Of a stretch of 64,000 bases of DNA, positions 12,401 through 23,800 are shown one piece after another. Made by a program: the position numbers and the translations under genes. The DNA comes from Balanoglossus misakiensis (Eukaryota; Animalia; Hemichordata). The notes under the pieces are model-generated. The model made no database searches. It was not told the origin of the DNA and saw only the letters and a list, made by a program, of their open reading frames with translations. The stretch is from NCBI GenBank assembly GCA_040954595.2, contig CM082585.2:12404127-12468126 (forward strand), written 5' to 3'. Every line of letters starts with the position of its first letter. Position 1 is the first letter of the stretch.

Positions 12401-15400
12401 CTAGAATGGTGGCAATGTGTTTTTACATCAATAGACTTTACTGGCACTTGTCTCTTATTCAAATATTACCCTAATGACCCCATGTCAAGTTGAAAGATTT
12501 AATCATCTTTCTTCCTCTTATCCAGGTTTGGAGGGTTGCTGTATTTGGCAGTGGAGCCATGACAATATTGATGATGTTGTTTGGTTTGATGTGGGGATAT
12601 GCATTACATATCATGCCGAGTCAGAGTGTCTTTGTAGCAGCTTGTCTGTCTCTGTCAAGTACGCCACTTGTTGTTAAGTTTCTCGGCAACCAGGAGAAGG
12701 ATTCTGGTGAGTACATGAACCTGAAATTGAAATATTCCTTTTCACTTCATTTCATAGTCCTCTCTTTTAATGAAATGGTTTATGCTGCTATCAAATTATT
12801 GAAGGAGACCTCTTCAAAATATGTTGTAACTTGCATCAGGTTCCATACAACTGACTGTTCCTTTTTAGAGTTCTCTAAAACTAACCAGTGCATCATTTTG
12901 GTGGGCATCTGAAATCATGGTGAAATTTTTACAACTTGTCTGTTACATTTAGATATCACCCTTTAAACTGGTGTGTCATTTTGGGTTAGTTCTTCTCTGC
13001 AACTATGTCATGGACATCTTGACTCTATTTTCTTTCACTCACATGATAGGTTTCTATGATAGACAGAGTCCCCGTGATAGGAGTGACTCTGACATCTTAA
13101 GGAGAGGCTCTCTAATAGGTAAAATCAACTCAAAACGCTACAGTTTGTATGTCTTTCTGTTTTACAGTAACTATTCCCTCATCATGACTATGTACCATAT
13201 TGAATTATTATCTGGGAACTCTAGCTAATAATGTTCACTGTTATTCATGCATGCTTTAGTGTTCTCATCATACAATGTACCATATTTCCTAAAAGATCCT
13301 GATCATTTACAGTTATACAATAAAGAGGGTTTGCTGGTTTCCAAGCAATGACATCATTAAATTTGGACGCTGCCCCAGCATTTCACCATTTCAAAGGTTA
13401 ATGATTCAAAAATGCATGGTTACCTTTTAGTACTGTCAGCTCAGGGGATGGCAATAGTTGATAGCTAAGCAGCTATGCAGTTATCAATACTAAAGGGGAA
13501 AGTAATTAAAAATATAATGTTTATAATATTGAAGGTAAGGTAAGGTAACATAAGATGAGATAAACAAATTATTAAATTCTGCAAAGGGCAATTTATTATA
13601 AAGACATTGTACAGTATGGCATATAAAAATGAAAAACAAGGTAAGCTCATAAAATGAATCTTCTTGTAAATGATAAGATTGTGGGTACATAACAATTAAA
13701 CATGTTGTTATTTTATTACCAGGTCAAGGTGAAGGCGAATACAGTACAACATTGCTTGGTATTCTGGTGGTTCAAGATATCCAGCTTGGTCTACTAATTG
13801 CTATTCTACCAGCAATGGCTGGATCACCAATTCCAACACCAGGTCCTCATACTGGAACAACAATCATGGATATCATCCGCACTGTCTGGTTACTTATCAA
13901 GCTTGCCACTGGTAAGATATTCTCCTTACAGAAGTATTTATTTCTTCTTTGATGATCAAGTATTTTCAGTACTCCGTTACATGTACAAGTTTACAATTTC
14001 ATTCTGATAAATTATCTAATTTTTCCCTCTGTTTTCTTGAAGCCATGGCTTTTGTTCTAGCTCTTAGTGTGGCTACCAGTAAGTATGTGGTACCTCCATT
14101 TTACCACAAACTACGCCAACATGGCAGCCGTGAAATGATGGTGTTGGGGTCTGTGTCCTTAGCTTTTATTATGCTTATGGTAAGTAACAGTCAAATTGTT
14201 GAAGTCATTTTCAGATTGGCTCCCTATCAGATGAAGGCTAGAAGGACTTGTACATTTGATTCTGTGCAGGATTTTAAAAGTTGTCATTGTTTGACTTGAA
14301 ATCTGTAGGTAACTGATTTGCTGGGCATATCCATGGAATTGGGATGTTTTCTGGCTGGTGTAATTATCAGTTCTCAATCACACAGTAACATGGCTGAAGA
14401 GGTTTCCATCTTAACTGAACCCATCAGGGATTTTTTTGCCTGTCTCTTCTTTGCATCGATTGGTAAGTTATTTGCCAGATCATCAGAAAATTGTGAAGGT
14501 CAGTGTGTTGACTTGCTTTCTGGTAAATGTCCAACCGATAATTCAGTGTTTACTTTATACACAGTGAATACAAGTACACATATGATCTGTTCTATGAATA
14601 TACAGTGTGTCCTTATGCAAGCAACATATTACAACTTTCTATCAGATATTTACAGGGTCTTTAGAATCAAAAACTTCTGCGTTGTTACATCATTTATTAT
14701 GCCATATTGCCCTGTAGAGGGCGCACTATATCAGGATTATGCATTTGGGGCACATTTGATGACATTTTGGGGACAGATGTATATAGAAGCTGTTTACTTA
14801 CTGATAGCACTATCAGACCATTATCTTATGTGACTTTTGATAAGCCTTTAGACAGCAACATCCACTATGACCTGTCAGTGACCCCAGGGACATGCCACAG
14901 ATCACAGCATACACATTACACGTCAAGTTGATCATCATGTCATCATTAGCATACTTCTTACTTACATAATATATGTGATTGTCTGCTGCTCAAATCAGTT
15001 GAGAATTACACTGTGCTTTGTTTCATGACTGATTAAAACATGTCACATTCAGAATTTTCTGTAGTTGCAATCCTAAATTAGTAGTCCGCTATTACATGTA
15101 TGTGTACAGCACGTGTCTTTACTAATCAGAAGTCCAATTCTGATATTTGCATTTTGTCTCTTTTTCTAGGTCTGCATGTGTTTCCTACGTTTGTAGCCTA
15201 TGAATTTACAGTGCTGTTGACCTTGACCTTTGTTGTGGTACTTGTCAAGGTAAGATGAAGGTCACCAAACTTGATGAAATTTGCTTAACCCAATTACAAC
15301 CACTAATAAAGCTGATATCCTGAAGTTAACATGCATTTTGTATATTTTTTTCACACAAAGAAACAAACACATAATCTTCTTTCACTTCTCTAAACTCATA

Positions 15401-15855
15401 TAATATTTGATTTTCAGTTTGTAACCGGTGTATTAGTCTTAGGTGTGTTGTTACCAGCCAGCAACAACCATACAAAATGGATAGTAGCCTCTGGTTTGGC
15501 ACAAGTCAGTGAGTTCTCATTTGTCTTAGGCAGTAGAGCTAGACGGCTTGGTATGCTCTCCCGGGAGGTGAGTCTTAATCTCATTCAACCAGTTTTTTGT
15601 TTTGTTTTTTGCTTTGATAATTGCGCTGTATGAATCAGCAAAGGTTGCATCTGAGACTGAGACTTGTGTGTTTGTTTACAATGCAAATTATTCCTTCTAA
15701 TCATGTTTCTCTTTCATTCGTAATTTTTGTGACAGGTCTATCTACTCATTTTAAGCATAACAACTCTGAGTCTTCTTCTGGCCCCTGTCCTGTGGAAGAT
15801 ATCACTATGGCGATGTGCACGCAGAAAACCACATAGACCAGTTCTTGCAAGATGA
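9486..15855 (+). CDS. TMCO3: Transmembrane and coiled-coil domain protein 3 (CPA2/KefC-like cation:H+ exchanger); about 11-12 coding exons; true start may be 9525 or 9547
   Basis: Signal-like N-terminus and coiled coil; [104 protein letters not shown]; TGA at 15853-15855. A probable non-coding first exon ends at the donor at 8560. Confidence 0.92.
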
Positions 15856-17808
15856 CCAAACCGAAAACAGAAGATGGTTTCCGTGGCAATAATCTGTACA
15901 TCTATTTACATGGTCTTTCTGAAGACAGTATGGCATGGCTTAGAATTTCAGCTTGGATTTTTTTTCTGTGGCACTTTTTCTGAAACGTAGAATGTGTGAT
16001 CTGCATAGTACATCATGTATTCTGCAATATTACTGGTCATGAATCGCTGAATTTTTAATTGTACTTGTACAGCATTTTTTGGGGGTCATTTATGGATCGA
16101 TCATTCTGTATCTAATTAAGATACTCATTTTGTAATTCATAGATTGTGTTCTGTTCAATTGTATTTTGTAGGCCTCCATCAGTCCAGGTTCCTGCTTGGG
16201 TAGATGGTGTTAAAATTGATAGGCTCCAGTTAATAATTTTCTTCAAAAGAGCTTTTGTACGAACTTGGCACAGTGATATGCCATGATATATATTTGCATG
16301 TACATAAATAGTGAATACTGGTAATATATATTATACAAATTGTTTTGCTCTGGCAGTGTTTTACAGTGAAATGAAACTGTGCTTTGAGCAATAGCTGCTA
16401 TACTATTGTGCAATATAGTTTGTTGTCCGTGAAGTATTTTGTCTTCGTAGAAGGTGGGAACGCTATCGGTTTCCATAATCATTATGACTATTTTGCATGT
16501 CATTGCAGTATATGTTCATGATGTTTTATACCAGATTTACTACCCACCCCAAATCCTTCCAAATAATTTGCATTCATTGTAAATAAATTATTGTATTGAT
16601 TGTAGAGTCAAACTATATATGAGAAATGCATGCTGGTGTCTTTTGTAGTGGAATCCACAATGTTTTAGCAATATACTTCATTTAAAACACAGCACCAGGG
16701 TGGATTTCTAACCAGACTGTATTTGTTTTAATGTGGATGGTCTCTATAGCACCAGGTTGTAACTATGACAACAAACTGCATCTGCTTAATGGACTGTAAC
16801 TAGCATCGCAGTGGTCTTGCTTGGCAGAGACTGTACCAATTGTAACAAACCAGAAATATTAATCAGTTAATTCCTGCTACATAACTATACCAGCAATTCT
16901 TTAACTTTTGTGTCCAACACACAAAGTTTCCATTTTAATATTCCATGTCTATTTAGTGTCAAATCCAATTTGTAGTAATGTAAACATGAAGTGCAAGGGA
17001 TTGAGAGTATGTACAGATCTGTTTGAATTAAAGTCCATCCTCCAACTTCATATTTCATGGCTACTTTGTTTCTTCACAATGTCATTGAGCCAGGCAATGT
17101 GCTCTCTTGAGGACATAATCTAGTTATCTCCAATAAATATGACATGAACGGATATGTGTACTTATTGAGATATAAATTTACAAATAGATCCAGACTGGTT
17201 ATGATTGAAAAACTATATCACTCATCAAAAAATCTGTCTGTGAAAAAAGTTGGCAAGAAAACAAATCCGCCCAATTTTGGAGTTTGCAAAAACATTCAGT
17301 GGCAAAAATAAATCTTTCAGACCCCCTCCCACGAATATCAAATGGTCCACCCCTGAAGAGATGAACACACAGGAATAATAGATCTGTGCCTAAATTATAT
17401 CTCTTTTTCAATAGCACGCAAAAATCCGCCACATATTTCTATGCAGTATCACCTCCCCACTTTTTCCAAAACCGGGCAATTGCACTTTCGCGCAATATTC
17501 GTAATGCTCTCGGGATGGGCTTCACGTTGATACTAGTATACGAGGTCGACGTAATATTTCCCACAATCCCCGTAGCTAGCTGACACATGACTGACGCCAT
17601 CTTGGGTTTTGAACAAGGAACCCATATAGTTATACGAACCACCGGTGTTGCGAAAATTGCTGGGGAAAGTTATATTTTGGTCGTCAGTGGTCTTAAAGCT
17701 GATACCAAATAACAGATATATAAACATGGAAGTTATTATGTACGACTTTGACTTCGTAAGGTGGGTATCTGTATTGATTTTACAACGGTAAAAAGTCTTG
17801 TTTCGAAG

Positions 17809-20800
17809 ATGGCTGATAGTAGCCAACAGGAAGAAGCCAATATGGCGGATAACAAATCTGTGTACGTTGACATTGTCGATGAAAACGCTGCACTTTTCTT
17901 GGCGAACACCACTGCCAGTCAGAAGAAGAAAAGCTGTTTCCAAATAACCAGTGTGAAGGTGTCGGAAAACACAAACAATGACGACAACGAAAGCATCGAT
18001 GATCTTGACGAAAGCCACGCTGAGGATGTGTCGTCTGACGTGCTAGACATATCCAAAACTACCGACGTGGATCAATCAGAGGATAATCTATATATACCGG
18101 TAACGCAGGAACTTAATACTAATTATGAGAATATCAACCAGAATTCTCATAGTAGTAATGGTCATGGAAATGGTCCATCCAGATTTAGAGTTGTTAAAGT
18201 TGAAACCATAGAACCCATCAAGAGAGGCAGGTGGACATGTACTGATTATCTAGACCCTGTTGAAAAAGAACAAATTAATGTACAGCCTGATAGAACGGTG
18301 GAGAAAGAACCAACGGGTTCAGGAAATTCCAGTGCAGCTAGTTCCGTGCATTACGTACCAGGTCAAGATTCTTCTGTTGAAAACCCACTGAATGTTACAG
18401 AGCAGCAACACCAGTCTGCTGCAGCACAAACACAGCCACAACAGAATCAAGCCCAGACACAAAATCAACCAGCTACTCAGCCTACCCAACCACAGCAATC
18501 ACAAAATGCAGTCAACAACTTTGAAAACGCTGCCAGTGCAGCTGCACCTCAGAATAATGGACAGGAATCGATACAGTCTTCAACAACACAAACACAACCG
18601 CCTTCCAACCCAATAGACTATGGTTCACATTCAATGGTGGAACATATTCGGGATTCACTCAGTGTAGACATGTCATCGGGAGCACCATCTACAGATGGCC
18701 AGTCCGAGGGAGAAGACAGGTATGGTAGATTTTCTAACTGTTCATATTAGAACATAAAGTAAAAGTTAAGTTTTTACAGTGCTGAGTACATTGTGTGTGG
18801 CTTACCATGATCTGTTGAGTATTCCCCAAATCAGTCCTCTGTTCCCCTACAGCTAAAAAACCCAACAGCATAAAAACAGTATCAGTGTTCAAGAACACAA
18901 GTCTTAAAACAACTCATTCATTTAACAATGGGTCTAGAAGTTGGAATTTCTTCAGTCGGAAATTTGTGTTTGCAAAGTGGCTAGTGAAATTCTTCCTGCT
19001 GTGTATGTTATGTGCTGTTCCAGTAGTATGTATTGTAGAAAATATGCACAGTTAGCAAAGATTAAGAAAGTTATATGCTAGGATTAGGAAGAATTCTCAG
19101 GGTGTTAGCTGATAGCTGTACTGTGGGCAATATTTTTTGCTCTTGGCAAGTCTTGCTTACAGCCAGCTATTTTCTACACTGTCTGTTGACATGCCCTTGA
19201 ACTGATATCTTGTTCAGTTTTATATTTAGAAATGTTTGAATCCGTTGACCTATAAATTCAGTGGGGTTTGTCTCAGCATACTTTGTACACATTGCTCACC
19301 ACAGTCAAGTTAATTCAATAACCTACAAGCAACCTTCTTATATAATAATAATTCCAAGAAATCGAAAGGGAACGGCTTTGCCTTGAGTAATTTTGCAAGG
19401 AGATTTCTGCAATTTGTCCAATAATTTGCAGGATCTCTGTAGCCACATACCTCTTTGTTGCCTTTTTCTCAAGAGAGACATTCCTGTAGTGAGAGATAAC
19501 ATTGTTACACAATAACCCACAGGGAATAATCAGTTTTGGATTGATCCTTTAGGGAAATTTCTGTACAAAGTAATCTGCAGTGAGATTCCTTGATTGCTTG
19601 ATTGTATGGACATTTCTCTACTGAGATGATCTTTTTCTACCTAATGCCATGATTCCATGTGGTGAATCATGGTACTGTTTGAATCAGTGCATACAGTTAG
19701 ATAATGGAATACATTTTTGCACCATTGATCGGCCGTTGTGTTAGGTAAAAGTTAATGACATAATTGCAAGCAAAAAGCAAATTGTTTAAATCTATTGGAA
19801 TTTCAATGGCAAACAAAAGCTTATACTAGACTGCAAGTGATTGTGAAATGTTAGAGTTTTGCAGTGTTATACTTGGCAGATGTCATATGAAAAAATGTGC
19901 ATGCCTACTTCAACAGTGTTATTAACTTGCTGATGCTTAACATTTAACTATTCCCATTGTCTTGTCTCGGTCTATTGTATATATGTTGTGTCTGGATTCA
20001 TGATGGTCTGCATTAGCATTATTAGTCAAGAAGTATCATGCAAATAATGACATCATCTTGACTTTAGGGAGGACCAAAAATTGTGTTCACAAACAATTAT
20101 TCCCAGACTCAAATATTTGTTTTGGGAAAAACACCCTTATTACCATTGCTGAAACCAGTCCTAGCCTACTAGCCAGTAAATGTAAAGGCTAGTATACCTG
20201 GACATTTTTTTGTAGACTAGAAACCAAATAACTGCAATACAGTGTCAAATGTGTGGGTAGTCATGATTAGATAGTTTGGTTGGATAAATATTTGATGTGG
20301 GTCCATCAGATTTAAACTAAAAATCACTTCACACAAGCGGCCCAACAGGTTGGCTATAAAACAGACTTTGGAGCGAGGAGGAGAGGTCAAAGGTCATATT
20401 TCCTGTGTACTTCAGCATCCATGTACATTGGGCACTATCCCTCCATTTCATGCACTGTTGACAGCTCCATCAACTTTCTCTGTGACAAGCTTTTGACTTA
20501 TTAGCATATTGCAATGCAATTATGCAGTGCCATTGAAATTCCTATTATTTTTGTTATGCCATCCCTGAGCAGGCCAGCAGCTGGTGCATCAACAACACAA
20601 ATGTAATTGTTTGGCTTTTGATGCTTTCTTTGTCAATTTCATATGGGAGTGCATTAATAGGGTGATATTTATAGAAACTAGAAATTAGATGTTTGGCAAG
20701 CTGGTTTCTAAAACCTGGAAACGGAAATCACACATACTTCCTGGGTAAATGAAATAAAATTATTGCCGTAAAGGAGGTGCCAATTTGCCAATCCCCTTCA

Positions 20801-23800
20801 ATGTATGATTAAAGACCATCAAATAAAAGGACCAGCATGTTCCCTAATTCACAAAGTGGTTTTTCTCATCCTACATAGCCATAATCTAACTGCAGTGAAA
20901 TCAATAAGCGTGGCCAATTGATGTCTTGTGGGTAACTTGTCAGTGCAAAAGTATGTCATGTATGGATTGTGGCTTTTAACTCACAAAACTTCCAGAGGAA
21001 GTTCCTGTGACATTTATTTATAGAATTTTGGACTCCCATACTAGGGGATATCTACATCTGTCCATTTGAAAATTAACACAAAATCCAATGACCACTTTTC
21101 TCAAATCACTCATACAAGGCTCCTGTACTGGACAGATGGACATACAGTGTTTAGCCGTGGTTATTGTGTGAATTTGATGACGGGTGTTCATACCAGTACA
21201 TGTTGTAAATCTATTGTGCGCTGTCATCAGCTGTAAGATTGTGTACAACTATAATGGGAATCATGACAGATGTCACTTATCAGACACTGAATACAGCCAC
21301 AGCATGTCATGTGTCTCAAAACAGTGCGGACAATTGTTGGACTGCCAGCGTCATAACCTTGGATCGTTCTGGATATGTTTCAATTGATGGCAATATGTGT
21401 GTACGAAATATACATCTGTTGCCTTCATTCAACTATGATGGAGTTGTGATGCCTCCATCTAATACAACTTATTTCCGTTGAGTAAATTTATTCCAACAGT
21501 CTTCCAGGTCAGTATTTTAGTTGCTAGTCTATGGTACACCGCTCACTTCTCTGCATATAATTCCTGGATACAAAAATGTACTGTTGTCCTAGGTCAAGAA
21601 ATCTGACTCGTTATTGATATACCAGAGAATAGTTTCTGTTGCACGCAAATATGATTATTAGGGTTAGAGTGCAAAAATGATTTGGTTTTGGTTGAAAACA
21701 AGTTCTCTGCAGTGACAGTAAGAGTTCACAGGATATCATTTGGGCAACATTCTGTTCCCTTTGCATTCATAACCAAGAAAATCTTTAAAGAGTGTTGCCA
21801 TATTCTGGATGTGTTTCATCATAGACAGTTTCTTTCCATACATGTATGTGCTTTCACCAACACAAGATTGTGCAATTTGCACATTTTAGTTATTTTAGCA
21901 AGCCACACCCCACCATGGAATGGGAGTTCATTGTACAAAGGGATGACATCCTGTTGTGTATTATGTCATAATCCCTAGAGGTACATGTAGATCCAAATTC
22001 CCATTAAGGCTGGTGCATTCCATGATATGTCCTGGATAAAACACTGCTTGTGTGGGCAACCATTGTTGTAAGAATTCAAATGACTGATTTATGCAAGAAT
22101 GATGTCATCATGAAATTGATATGATCTCTTTCTGCTCTGCACACTCAAGGACAAACATTTTGAACTTAAATAGTGAAAATTTAATATTCTTTGAAGATCA
22201 ACTCAGTGTTCCATTCAGAATGGCATCAACAGAAGGGATATGTCCCCATTTGCCAGAATATTTTTTGGGGGGGATCCACTTTGGCAAGGGGGAATGTTAT
22301 ATCTCCACCATGTGAGTGATGTACATACATTGAAATTGAGGATTTCCTTGACATGATGGAAATTTTCTTATGTAAATCTATGATGTAAAATATTCACAAC
22401 ATCCTTGATGGTTTGTGGCTCAGTGGCCAGACAGGCACTAAGTTGTTTTGTAGTCAGAAGATGTCACAGTTTAGGAGAAAGTATTGATGTCATGATGTGG
22501 CAGTTCATACCAATGAAGCAACAACACATTGCCAGCAGCTTCAGTGTCTGTGCACATCTTTTATGATAGATATATTGTAGTGTGCATGTCTGCAGAAAAT
22601 TTATGAACAAACACATGATCAGTTTTGATTGGCTGGGTAGATGAAGCTCGGTCGTAGCAGTTGATTTTCTATTTTGGTTTGTCCTAGCTAAAAGCTGAAA
22701 ATGATTTCCTCAGCCATATATTTTTCATTGATATCTATCTGCTATTATTTTGCACACTCATTAGCTGCTCTTTGCATTTTTTGTGATTCCCATTGTCTTG
22801 CATTTTTTCATGTCAGATGTCAGTTTCGTCCAAATTAATATAGCTGTCCATTTTTCACAGGAGTATAGTGTAGACTTTTAATATTGATCAACATTGTATA
22901 AAAGTGTCATTTATTAGCTGTTGGATCGGTCATTTCCCTGAGCAAATCATGAATTAACTGATGTAAATGCAGTGTGCTCAGGTGGTCTAAGTTTTGTAAC
23001 GTATCATTATTTGAAAATAACCAAGTAAAGTGGGCAGACAGTTGCTATCCTTTCTGAATTATACATGAGAATAAATCGTGACACCACACAACATGATAAA
23101 CAATGTTTATAACTTCTATCACGCCCTGTCCCCTGGTTCCTGCTTGCATTATATTTGGAGACCCAGATATGTTGTTACCTCACACGAATGCATCATATAC
23201 CGGTAAATCAAATTTACACACATACCAAATAAATACATAGATGATCAAACAGGAATGTGTTCCCATATATATATATTGAGTATGTAACTAGTGTGCCCTC
23301 TAACAAACATTTGCTTGTACTGTGGAAATTTTCTTGAGTCACCAGTGAGTTTGTTGAGTTAGTGGCGCGTCATGTGAACTTAGAGGGCACACTATACATA
23401 ACGCTATAATGAAAAAAAAACGAGGGAAAAATGGGTGAAAGTAGGCAGTCTTGCTGAATGTTTTCTTGTTTTACAAGGACATACATTGAAGTTCTGGTCA
23501 CATATCCCTTAACAGATGAATAAAAAAAACATGTTGCTTTTTGTATGACACTGACTAGTCTGATATTTGAAACAAAAGGTGTTGTAGCCATCAAAGTATT
23601 TTGGAAGAGAAAGTTTTAGGTTCAAAGACTGTTTTGTCAAATTTTTGTTTGTTGGTTTACACTGGATTTAAGTGGATTTTGCTGGAACATAACCAACATG
23701 AAGTTGAAATCAGAATAATTTATTCAGAGGTTCTCACGTAAGCAGACAGCGGCATCAGATGTATAGGCCTCCTCAGTTCATAGACCTCACTGTTAAATAC

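Noticed and set aside
17199-17356. Possible MITE end (CCCCCTCCCACGAATATCAAATGGTCCACCCCT)
   Set aside because: It looks like a repeat terminus, but no partner TIR or second copy was found in the window.
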